DNA of 64,000 nt, from assembly GCF_006345805.1 (NCBI RefSeq), contig NC_043014.1, positions 14,446,001 to 14,510,000 on the forward strand, in the 5' to 3' direction. The notes under the pieces were generated by a model. That model did not search any database. It was not told where the DNA came from and saw only the letters and a list, made by a program, of their open reading frames with translations. Positions 1-11,945 of this stretch are shown one piece after another. Source of the DNA: Octopus sinensis (taxonomy: Eukaryota). The translations under genes and the position numbers were made by a program. Within the stretch, counting starts at the first letter, position 1, and each line of letters opens with the position of its first letter.

Positions 1-483
1 GTATATATAGAGAGATATATGGTAATGTTACAGAGAAAAAAAGTGAGTTGGTGAAAGTGAGTGTGGTGGGACGAAAACAACTGCTTCGTTGATGAGTTAC
101 CATAATTGTCCCTTTGTGTCTTCTTTTCCTTTAGTGACGGCGTTTTGTTCAGCCAGTCAGCCAGACTCGGTTCTCACTAACTGACTTTGATTTACGGAGA
201 TTTTGTTTTTATAACTATCCAAAACCAGCCAGAAGGATAGCTAGAGAACAATAGATTTCGTTAGGGATCTGTTATCTCTATTCCAGCTTTTGGTAAAATA
301 GAAGAGGTTAGAAGGGTCAAGTGGCAAAGACATTATTCTGCTTAACGAAGGCATCTGGCAAACGTAACTGCTGTCATTCACAGAAAAACTATTGTTTTAC
401 CGTGAGAAAAGTACTGTTGAACTATTAAGTGAAATTTGGCTATCGAGGATCGAATCCACGCTATGCCTGCATGAAGCCACTAC

Positions 484-538
<55 letters not shown>

Positions 539-544
539 CGTGTG

Positions 545-1190
545 TGTATTCAGATTTGGCAAGGACCAGACAATCAGAGACGATGTGGTCGACTGTCTCA
601 TTCTGCTGGCTGCATTTGGTGTTAGGACCTGTTTTCATTATTTTGCTTTTATAATTGTTTGCGGTTAGGCATTGGTCTTGTGCAGCGAGAATCAGTCCTT
701 CCCTTTCTGCTTTTAGTCCAGAGCTTTCGAGCCATTGTTGGCTTTCACTTAAACTCGCCCCCTTTTCTGTGAAGCCTTGAAGGATTTTAGTCACGGGCTG
801 ATGTTTCTCTCCAGTTCTTCTTTCGTATGTCTTGCAGTTCTGTTCTCACGTTGTTTTTGTCTCTGACCATTTCTGCTGTAATTTCATCTCAAATCAGTGA
901 TTCAGTGTAATTCGTTTCTGTTTTGTATTTTGTCGCCTCCTTGTGTATAGAGAGAGGCGTTGTCTTTTGTTCTTCTGGCAAAACATTGTTGTTTTCCAGG
1001 TGTATTGCAAGACGTTTATAGGTTTTATAGATTTTATAGATAGGATGTTTGGTAGATTGTTGATAGGCATCTTATTGGCCTATAATTTTGTGGGTGTATG
1101 GTGTTTTTGGTATTTTTTGAAATAAGAGTGGTTTGTCGTCCCAGCATCCAGTTTGCTGTTGATTCTTGCTTGTATGTTATCAGGTTTTAC
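545..1190 (-). mobile_element. Internally deleted R4/Dong-like (RLE) non-LTR retrotransposon relic
   Basis: Minus-strand pieces PQNYRPIRCLSTIY and HLENNNVLPEEQK (RT start) sit next to C-terminal WLESSGLKAEREGLILAAQDQCL...ETVDHIVSDCLVLAKSEY; the middle of the RT is missing. Confidence 0.75.
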
Positions 1191-1355
1191 TACTACTACT
1201 ACTACTACTACTACTACAACACCACCATCACCACTACTACTACTACTACTACCACCACTACCACCACTACTACTACTACCACCACCACCAACAACAACAA
1301 CACCACCACCACCACTACTACTACTATTACTACTACTACTACCACCACTACCACC

Positions 1356-1411
<56 letters not shown>
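1190..1411. repeat. (TAC)n/(CAC)n trinucleotide microsatellite
   Basis: Direct reading; a similar tract lies at about 4490-4597. It produces the poly-T/Y/L/V ORFs. Confidence 0.95.
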
Positions 1412-1412
<1 letters not shown>

Positions 1413-1414
1413 GT

Positions 1415-1925
1415 TTCCATCAAAGTGACACTGGGGTTCAAATATATGAAGCCCAATATACCGTCCGATAGGAGTACACCAGACACATGCGTCACAACCA
1501 TAAGTGCACGATATAGTGAACTCATAACAAGATAAACAGCGCATGACTTTGCAGGTGGGGTCCACATAGAATTTTCTTCAGGTCGAGTAGCCCATCCCAC
1601 TCAAAAGGGTCCTGAATAAGAGCTGTTTGAAGATGATGAGCAAATCACCCATGTTTCCAGATGTGAAATATTCGAACAGTCCCTCTCAACACATGTCTAT
1701 GAGGCTCCCCCGCTACTCTTGTTCGTGATCAGAGATGCACATACCGTCAGCCACTAAGGGACGTGCTCAACTGGTTAAGGTCAAACAACTGACAAGCAAA
1801 TCTGTGGTATTGAGCAGAATATTTGCTGTAGCCCACCTTTTATACCAAGACAAGTATTGAGCAGAATATTTGCAAGACAAAACATGTACATAATAACACT
1901 TCCAATTAGTTAAGATAAGGAATTA
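1415..1925. mobile_element. Dispersed ~500-bp repeat (unclassified retroposon-like family), copy 1
   Basis: Collinear with 32083-32500 (ccatcaaagtgacactgggg...cagccactaagggacgtgctcaactggttaaggtcaaacaactgac...ataacacttcca). This copy carries a small internal duplication of gtattgagcagaatatttgc. Confidence 0.75.
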
Positions 1926-2425
1926 TTATTATTATTAGCTTTCATTTTTTTTTTATTTGACCGTCTTAAAATAGAACAAAGAAAAAAATTCATTTATAAT
2001 ACAGCGCATCTTATAGATCCCCTTAAAAGGTGCAAAAAGCGGAGTTCAATACTGAATATGTATACAGACGTGTACACAGGTCTTAATGGGTGCGTATACC
2101 ATGTCACACTAAACCGCATGGGTATATACATACATGCATGCATGCATACATGTACATGCAGGAATGTGCACAAATATGCACACTTAGGCACATATACACA
2201 TGCATATACATACATACATGCATATATACATGCATAATACATGCATATATGTACATGAAAACATGCACAAACACACACATATACACGTACGTATGCATAC
2301 ATGGATGTCTACGTTGAGTTTAGTTAATATTTCTCTCTCTCTCTTTCTCTCTCGCTGTGTGTGTGTGTGTGTCTATATAGCTAGATAGATATATACATAT
2401 ATATATACATACACACACACACACG

Positions 2426-2477
<52 letters not shown>

Positions 2478-3030
2478 AAAACATGCATAAGCATATATGC
2501 GTGTGAGGGTATTTGTGTGAGTGTTTATACACAAACACGCACACACACACACACACACACCACACACACACAACACACATATACATAAATGTACGTTCAT
2601 AGAGCTATTCACAAATATATACAAAAATACATATGCAGTGTGTGTGTGTTTGTTGTGCACACATGCATGCACACGCACGTACACTCACACACACACACAC
2701 TCTCTCTCTTTCTCACACACACACATACACATATCCACGTTGATTAATTTACAGACATGTGGGACAGACAGTAAAACATATCTCCGCAAAAGATTTACTC
2801 GAAAAGATGTGTATACTCGTATACTCGTATATATGTGCTGTGTATATTACATTATATATTCCTAAGCCAACACACTTACATAATTAACCATAGGCTCATC
2901 AATATCCATACACACATACATAGACCCACATACGAAAGTCCCTCAGATATTCACAAATGTTCACACAGGCATTCGCAGACGACACATTTACAGATACACA
3001 CGCACATATATGCACAGATATGAACACCCG

Positions 3031-3119
<89 letters not shown>

Positions 3120-3371
3120 AGCATGTACACACAGGTACACCACACACTCACACACAAAATATATATGGTCACATACGTCCACATATATATTCATAAGTAC
3201 CCATACAGATGCACACACGGCCATTTATTATACGTTTAAACAATGTTTCAATAACCGTTATTCAATTTCTCTTAAATACACCATCCCACGCCTGCGTTTG
3301 ATTATTTCCAGTAATTCATATTCATTGAGGCGGACGACACTAAAAGCGATCATAAACGTTAGCTGAGCCGC

Positions 3372-3518
<147 letters not shown>

Positions 3519-3585
3519 CCTACCTGAATATATTAGCTAGGTAGGTGTGATTATAAAATCCTTCCTTTCTCCACTCAGCTATTCC

Positions 3586-3648
<63 letters not shown>

Positions 3649-4001
3649 ATACATAATACACACATCATTGTATTAGAATATTAAATGAACAATGAGGAGA
3701 ATTAAAGAAAGCTTAGACAATACTGTATCAGATCAAAATGCATTACTATTGTAGGTATAGCAGTTAAGCATCTCCGCCACCTTTTCAAAACTGCCATGAT
3801 GGAATAGACCTATTCTCAACAGTGTTTCTGCTGTGATCGTTTGTGCAAACATGTCTGTATTGGTTAAGAAGTTCGCTTCGCAACGACGTGATTTAGGCTT
3901 CCATTTCAATTGTTTTCTACTATAGTTTCAGGTCAGCTAAAGACTTGTGGATAAAATTTGGTTGACGAAAACTGAGTTGAAACCCGTCAGTGATAGATTT
4001 G

Positions 4002-4417
4002 GGATCTTTTCGGTTTGAACGGCAGTTTTTTTCTAACGGTGTCATATGAAATTGTCACCCATAATTATGACCCTAGTATCGATCTATTGCATTTCAATCT
4101 GTTTTAGGGTTAGGGTTAGGGGTGAGAGGAAGGGTATCTTTTTTTTTCAGAAATGTAAATAAACCCAATCTGTTTCTTAAACGAGGGACATATTCATACA
4201 CCACAGAATATTTTCACCTCAATAGACGGTCAGTGATTGGTTGAAATTGCAGAAATTGAAGAAAAAAACAACAAATATCTTATAAACTATAGAATTTATC
4301 TTATAAACTATAGAGAAAAAGATGTTTTATAAACACATTCTACCAGTATACGAAGTTTAATATTTTTTAGTTACCTAGAAATTATGTTAAAAACTGCCGT
4401 TCAAACCGAAAAGATCC
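4002..4417. mobile_element. MITE with GG-starting TIRs and 8-bp TSD (Merlin-like by TIR/TSD pattern), copy 1
   Basis: TIR GGATCTTTTCGGTTTGAACGGCAGTTTT at both ends; TSD TAGATTTG at 3994-4001 and 4418-4425. Confidence 0.9.
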
Positions 4418-4492
4418 TAGATTTGTAACGAGAACAATATTTCTGATTTTGGCGAAACGATTTGATTGAGTTAAGTTTTGTGGGTGTTTTAC

Positions 4493-4528
<36 letters not shown>

Positions 4529-4559
4529 CACCACCACCACCACCACCACCACCACCACC

Positions 4560-4595
<36 letters not shown>

Positions 4596-5317
4596 GCAAT
4601 GAATGCAAGACCAAGAATTCTGGTTGAAATTTTAAATGCAAAAATATTTTATTTTCAAACAAAATGTATTGTCATCACGACCAATGACAGAAAAAAATGT
4701 TTACACCAAGTTAAAACAGTTTAACAGTTTATGAGGTATTTTCGTGCCAATGATGACAGTTATGAGAGGTGTCCGTCTAGCAGCCCGACCGTCTTTTGGT
4801 GTATGCCACCATTGATAGCGACTGAAATGAGAATTCTTTTCGTAGTTTGTTTCTTATTTCTTTATTGTCCACAAGGGGCTAAACATAGAGGGGACAAGCA
4901 AGGACAGACAAAGGAATTAAGCCGATTAGATCGACCCCAGTGTGTAACTGATATTTAATTTATCGACCCCGAAAGGATGAAAGGCAAAGTCGACCTTGGC
5001 TGAATTTAAACTCAGAGCGTAACGGCAGACGAAATACCTGTTTCTTTACTACGCACAAGGGGCTAAACACAGAGAGGACAAACGGATTAAGTCGATTACA
5101 TCGACCCCAGTGCGTAACTGGTACTTAATTTATCGACCCCGAAAGGATGAAGGGCAAAGTCGACCTCGGCGGAATTTGAACTCAGAACGTAACGGCAGAC
5201 GAAATACGGCTACGCATTTCGCCCGGCGTGCTAACGTTTCTGCCAGTTCGCCGCCTGGTTCTTTTTGTAGTTTGTTTCTGTCTATGAAAAAGAGTACGAA
5301 AAGAACTATTGATTACA

Positions 5318-5700
5318 TCTCTCTCTATATAAACGGCAGTTTGTCTGTGCGTTTTCTGTGTGTCTGTTTTCTCGTACCCTCACTCTGACCACGGCTTTCA
5401 ACCGATTCTGATGAAACTTGACACACACATAGCCCAATGTCATAATTCAAAACTAACGCAGCGAAAATTTTGAAAAGTTCCCCCAGTTCTGAAAAAAATC
5501 GATAAATTCGACATGGGGTCGAGAATCAGAAACCCAAACCACAGACCGTCTAGGGGACGCAACTCCACCTTTTTTAACTCTCAAAAAAATTTACCATAAT
5601 TTTTTTTCCATTTTTTTGCTATTTTTTGGCTATAACTCTCTAAAAATGCTTTATAGTTATTTCCCTTACAAACCTGAGCAACGCCGGGCGATACTGCTAG
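5318..5700 (+). mobile_element. Non-autonomous Helitron
   Basis: A|TC start, GC-rich hairpin cctgagcaacgccggg near the end, CTAG|T terminus, no TSD. Confidence 0.85.
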
Positions 5701-7199
5701 TCCTGTTATATAAGAGATCCAAGTGGTCAGTTTTTTGCTGAAGTCACCAATAATCGAGCGAATCGTGTTCCTGTTGATAACAGTGATCTCTTCCAGAAAT
5801 CTGATTTGTCGGTTGTGCGCTATCGTCATCGATCCATAACAAAATCGTGATTGTTGGAACTTAACAATCCGATTTTGATTCCTTGGCATTTTGGGACTTC
5901 CAAATATTCCTGCTACTAAATTAATCCGTTATCTGATGTAACACCACCACTTGATCGTTGGATACGTTTAGCGGAGGTCTGCCCTGTTGCTAGCATTCAG
6001 ATGGGAATAACTTTCTCCTTTCATTCTCTCCCAACCACGGAATCCCCCATGAATCTCATAATCGCTGTGATGTTCTTCTCAACTGTCTTGGGAAGCCGAT
6101 ACAGGAGAAACTTTAAAACAGCAATTTGTCCACCTCATTTTCAATCTTCACAACGCCCTGGGAAGTTCTTTTCTCCCTTTGGAAAAGTCAACTATAATGT
6201 ATAAGACTAAGGAACAAGCAGACTCTATTTCGATGCAGGTTGGCTGGGGCGAGTAAGAACAATTAGGTTGAGGCATCCCATATCTCTTTCTATGTGTTGT
6301 GCGTATATATTCTGAAAACCAAGAAAACAATTTTTATTTCTATTATGTTCAACGATCACATCGTGGCCTCTCTTATTTTGTCTACTTGTTTGACCAACCT
6401 CCACGGATGAGAAAACAGGCGGCCGGATTTAAAAACGTTCGGAATGTTGGTAGGGAGTAAAGATAAGTATTTCGAAAACCGGAAGGAGCGGGAGATTTTA
6501 TTAAAAAAATTAATATTTAGGAAATAATTATTTTTCCTTTTTCAGAATCGCGATCTCCGTACTTTTCCCCCACAGAATTTTTTTTTACAGAAAATCCAAG
6601 ACAAACAACCCCACCACAAGTATTTGCGCAACTGTGTGTGTATGTGTGTGAATATGCGTATTTGAAATCTTGAATGGTTGTTCTAGGGGCAAAATCGTAA
6701 TGCCTGGTATTAAAAATAGATCTCGAAGAAAATTTAGAAAAATAAAACAAAAGTAGCGGGTTGCATATTCGATACGTCTGTCCTGCTTACTTTATGTATA
6801 CGTGGTGTGTACATATATATGTACATACACACACACGGACATACACTCACACAGATATATAGACGTAACTAACGTCTAGTGAACCAATGATCACCCTCAA
6901 ATTAGATTACTTTTTATCCCTCTGACTACAAGTTTTGTTTTCAGTATTATTATAAATTCCTCTCATTTAGATCGTCCAGGAAAGCTTTCCTAAAATAGTA
7001 GAGATACGATGGCTTAAATACGAATTTAGGTTTTCCTCTCTCTCCGACTTGACCACGTTTTGTCCCGGAAATGTTTTTAAACGGCACCAAATTTCAGTAT
7101 TAGGTTCCTCTTCTTTAGATTTTTGGGAAAAGCTTAACTATAGTAAATTGTTTTTTAAAAATAACAGAAACATGATGACTTAAAGACAATAGCTGGCAT

Positions 7200-7520
7200 T
7201 ACTCCCTCAGATTTTGAGAAGGCATTCCATGTGGACTAGAATGCAGAATATCTGTCGGCATATGTAGATGACGCCACGTTATTATGTCGGCATACGAGGA
7301 TGACGTCACGTTATTATGTCGAAACCACTTTAAGGAACTACGAGACGTTAACATTAACCAAAACCAACCGGGAAAAAGTCAGAGGACCTGCAGCTCTGTA
7401 CCTTGGCACCTGAAGAGATAGGTCCATTCCGTTCAAAGGTGTCGTGCGACGCTGGTCGCACGGATCAGTTCAATTGCTCGGGGTTTCGGCTGTAAAGGGT
7501 CGTGGGTGGTGCCCTTCTTC
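7200..7520 (+). mobile_element. Tx1-like LINE RT fragment (degenerate)
   Basis: LSAYVDDATLL / SAYEDDVTLL, then LGT*RDRSIPFKGVVRRWSHGSVQLLG-like sequence; frameshifted. Confidence 0.6.
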
Positions 7521-7730
7521 CTCTGACTCAGCCATAAAAAATAATTCCCCTTCAGGGGCTTCGTTGTTATCAAATGTTCCATTCGATTAGAGACAGTACT
7601 GTACTGAATACAATACAGAATTTAATATATATTTCAACTCTACCGGAAAGAGCATGCATGACTGAATTGACAGAGGCAACGTGAAGACTAGCTAAGAGAT
7701 CCGTGGTTTGTATCTTGCCATAGGAACTTC

Positions 7731-8152
7731 GGATCTTTTCGGTTTGAACAGCAGTTTTTCTAGCGGTGTCATATGAAATTGTCGCCCATAATTCGCCCTA
7801 GTATCGATCTATTGCATTTCAATCTATTTTAGGGTTAAGGTTAGAGTTAGGGGTGGGTGAAGAGTATCTTTTTTTCTTCAGAAATGTAAATAAACCCAAT
7901 CTGTTTCTTAAACGAGGGACATATTCATACGGCATAGAATGTTGTTTACCTCAATAGACGGTCATTGATTGGTTGAAATTGCAGAAATTGAAGAAAAAAT
8001 AACAACAAATATCTTACAAACTATGGAATTTTCTCAATAAAGCCAAGAGAAAAAGATGTTTTATAAACACATTCTACCAGTATACGAAGTTTAAAAGTGT
8101 TTAGTTACGTGGAAATTATTTTAAAAAACTGCCGTTCAAACCGAAAAGATCC
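7731..8152. mobile_element. Same MITE family, copy 2
   Basis: Same TIRs and collinear interior; TSD GGAACTTC at 7723-7730 and 8153-8160. Confidence 0.9.
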
Positions 8153-9813
8153 GGAACTTCTCTGTTTCTAGAATGCTTAACCCTCAAATTTCTTGTAACA
8201 TCAAGTGATTCATTAGTTCACAGTGTCGAGTTCAAATTCTACTCGGTGATAGATATTATTACGAGGGAAAAATAACGTTATTGATCACTTGACTAATTTG
8301 AAGGACACTGCAAGTTTTTTTTGTTTTTTGCGTCTTCGCTTTGAAGGCGAACGATTTGAAATGGTGAAAGAACGCGCAGTATCAATTGGTGATGCAAAGA
8401 ACGCGGAGTGTGAAGATGGTGGCGTAAACAAACAGTAAAAAAAGGATAGTCCTGTTTCTTTATTAGCCACAAGGGCCCAAACACAGAGGGGGACAATACA
8501 GCCTGATTGGGGTCAGACACAATGATTATGACTTAAAATTTTACAAAATATAATAAAGTCGAATGAGATATAACAAGGACAAAATACAAACATGAAATGA
8601 AGCAGAGAGATGGGTTACGCTCCGACCCCATGAGCCCCATTCTCCTACTGAAACTTTTGTATGCAGACTTATGACATGTTCACGTGAGTGTGAAGTTGGC
8701 TACGAAACGGTCAGTGTAAGAATGTAATATGACTAGTCGAAGTGAACCCGGGCGACAAAGAACCATGTTACACGAGACATCCAGCCAGGTATGACTTCTT
8801 CCTCTCTAAGCAAGTTGGCCTCCAGTTCCCCAGCTGCTGTCTTGGTTGTTGGAGCCGTGTTAATGTCAAGAAGCCACAGTTCGCAACATCATATTCCATC
8901 TGTCCAATGCTTCTATTCTGCTGCATAACTACCATCTTTCTCTGTTGCTAAATACGTGTCCTCGAGCTCAGCTACCAAGAGCTGCTTTGATATTTCGTAT
9001 TTGAGTTTGTAGCTTGGTTTTAATTCCAGCCTGAGTTGAACGGAAATAGTAGAGATAGACTAATTGCTTTACTCTACTCTAAAGATTATGTTAAATTCCG
9101 TGCAATCTAATAAAGGAAAATTTAATTAAATTTTCACAGCGTAGGAGTGGCTGTGTCTCGTGGATAGACGTGTTTTTTTGGCGGTGAGTCAAACGTTTTG
9201 TTGAACGTTGGATAATTTTTCTGTTGGAATTGTTGACTGCATATTGTTGAACATTGTTGAACTTTGAAACTTGTTGTGCTTTTTCCCGGTGACGGGAGAA
9301 AGTAATTGTTTGTGTAAAGCCATTTTTGCAGTCGTGAACTGTTGAAATATTGAACTTATTAAAGCCGTTATAGGCTTTATTGTCGTGCCCCCCCCCCACC
9401 AAGCGGAGGTGGGATTTGAACTGTTATTCTCATTAAGAGGAAAAAATATTATAGGTTTCCCGTTCTGGGGGATAATCAATTTATTATTGCGTGAAAAATT
9501 AAATTTTAGCCGTTGTAGGCTCGCTTGTGGCACCCGCCTCTAGCGGGGGTGAGATTAGAACTGTTGTTCTCGTTGTGAGGAAAAAAAAAAAAAAAAATTA
9601 TAGGTTTCCCGTTTTTTTGGATACTGTATTTTTATTATTGTGCGAAAAATTTAATTTCGAACGTTGTAGGCTTTGTTGCTACGTCTCGCCCCCCCCCCCC
9701 CGCGGGGGTGGGATTTGAACTGTTGTCCTCGTTCAAAGGAAAAAAAAAAGCATTATAGGTTTCCCATTTTCTGGGATTAAATTGTGTATAAATATATTTC
9801 GGATCTTTTCACT

Positions 9814-10105
9814 GGTACTACTAGCGAACAGTGGTCCCGGTGCGCGCACTCACGCATCCGCGCTAGCTAGTCGATCCTACAACGACTTGCGCGTATGTTT
9901 GTATTTCAAGGATGAATACATATCAAAGAAAATTAAATAATATTTTTCGAACAAAGTAAATAAAATGTAAAGTAAATAATTTTTTAAACTAAGTAAATAA
10001 ATTATTTTAAAAAACAAAGGGTTAGGGTTAAAAGTCGTAGAATCGACTACTTACGACTAGCTAGCGCGAGTGCGCGCACCGGGACCACTGTTCGCTAGTA
10101 GTACC
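9814..10105. mobile_element. MITE with 38-bp perfect TIRs and 9-bp TSD, nested in a related GGATCTTTTC-ended MITE
   Basis: TIR GGTACTACTAGCGAACAGTGGTCCCGGTGCGCGCACTC; TSD CTTTTCACT at 9805-9813 and 10106-10114. The host (9801 to about 10315) resembles the 4002/7731 family in reverse orientation. Confidence 0.9.
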
Positions 10106-10319
10106 CTTTTCACTTTGACCGGCAGATTTTTAAAATAATTTCTTTGTAACTAAACACTTTTAAACTTCGTATACTGGTACAATGTGTTACATAAAACATC
10201 TTTTTCTTTTGGCTTTCTTGAGAAAATTCTGTAGTTTGTAAGCTATTTGTTATTAAATTTCTTGCATTTCGGCAATTTCAACCAATCAATGACGTCTATT
10301 GAGGTGAATACAATTTCTG

Positions 10320-11945
10320 CTGTTGTATGTCAACAACAATTTCTCCCACCCACCCCCATCTGTGGTGCACCCTCCCAAACAAAACACCCAAAAACCCCAG
10401 GCCATGCACACACCGGTCCCAACAGAAACAAATGCACCCACCCCTCTGAAGTAACAACTCCCCTGGAGGTGACCAAGGGGGAGTTCAAGACACCCAGAAA
10501 AAAGAGAACGCTTGCACCTTTCCATCCATATACCCCACAAAAAAAGAAGAAAAACACACTACAGGAAAAAAAAAAAGATCTCGCTTCACTGTCCCAGAAG
10601 AGAAAATAAGAAAAAAGATGGAACAAAAACCCTGGTAAAATGTGATACCAGGGATAAATATATCATGGACACATTAAAGAAGCACCACACCGTGGAGCTG
10701 TTGCAGCAGCCTGAAGGCACGGAAGAGAGATGTGCCTGGATAACTGAAAAACTGTACAATGAAATGAAGGGTAGGCACCCGAGAACCATCACGAGCATCC
10801 CGGACCTTCTGCGGTATTTGAAGGAGATTTTGGAAGAGCAGGAGGAAAGGACTGCCTCACGTGTGGTGAGGTCAGCCCCAACATCACCAATAAAAGAAAA
10901 AGTCAAAGAGTAAGTAGAACCCTTGCTTTTGTTTTGTTTTGTTTTGAATGACTGCACTTCAACCCATGCTAGCATGGAGAACGGACGTTAAACGATGATG
11001 ATGATGATGATGGTCTGGGCTCGAAGTGGAAGCAAGCTTGTTTCCTCGACGACCTCAGATCACACGATATGCATGTGATGGTTGCTACAGAGACCAAGCT
11101 GGACAGTCTACAAGCCTTCTCGTCCCTCCTGAATGACTATGAGAAATCCATGTCTCCTAGCCGGACTGGAGGGCGAGAGGGTGTAGTAGTACTGGTTTGA
11201 AAAGGCTTGGCTCTGCAGACAAGTAGTCTATGTAGACCCAGAAGGTGGGCTGGTCGTCCTTGATGTGATATACAGCAGTAAAGCCTTCAGGTTGATTGGG
11301 ATCTATGCACCTTGTGCTAGAGGATTTCAAACTGATTTTTATCAGTGCCTAGAGAACCTTCTCATGACGTCGAAGACATTAGTGGTGTTAGGAGACTATA
11401 ACGTTACTGTTGACACATGCATCGATAGTGTCGGCTCGATCTATAGGAACGTAAGCTCACGTCTCGTAGATCTTCTCAAGCGTTTTCAGCTGGCAGATCG
11501 TTACAGACTTGACCATCCGAACGTCCCAGAGTGGACCTGGATGAGTGGCGACGGAAGGTTCAAGTCCTATTTAGATAGGATAGTGATAAGAACTGGAGCT
11601 AAGTCTAGTTTTAGCTGTCCACAGCTTGTCCAAGTACCTTACACTGACCATAGAATGGTTAAGTGTAGACTGGACATAGATAGTACAGTTAAGAGAGGAT
11701 CCGGTTAATGGAAGCTGAACAAGTCTATTTTGACTTGCGAGGCATATCGTAGCCGGATTGAGGAATTAGTATAGAGGGCGTTAACCGGTGCAGTGGTTAA
11801 TAACCAATGGTGGTTCGCCCTCAAGAGAGCCATTCATTTTGAGTCTATTAGGTTTAGCCATCAGCTAAGACTAGATAAGGCCAGAATAGAAGGGCAACTA
11901 GTTAAGGACCTAGAGGAAGTGTTGAGGTTGGGCTCTGCATCTCGG
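10320..11945 (+). mobile_element. Tx1-like LINE relic: possible ORF1 tail plus APE endonuclease of ORF2
   Basis: From 11012: GLGSKWKQACFLDDLRSHDMHVMVATETKL...FRLIGIYAP...VVLGDYN...SYLDRIVI...YTDHRMV...GSG*WKLN, with stops and a frameshift. The ORF1 call for 10320-10913 is positional only. Confidence 0.8.

Noticed and set aside
4104-4121. TTAGGG telomere-like repeats (also about 7829-7850 and 10018-10030)
   Set aside because: Only 2-3 units, and they are an internal part of the MITE consensus rather than interstitial telomere.
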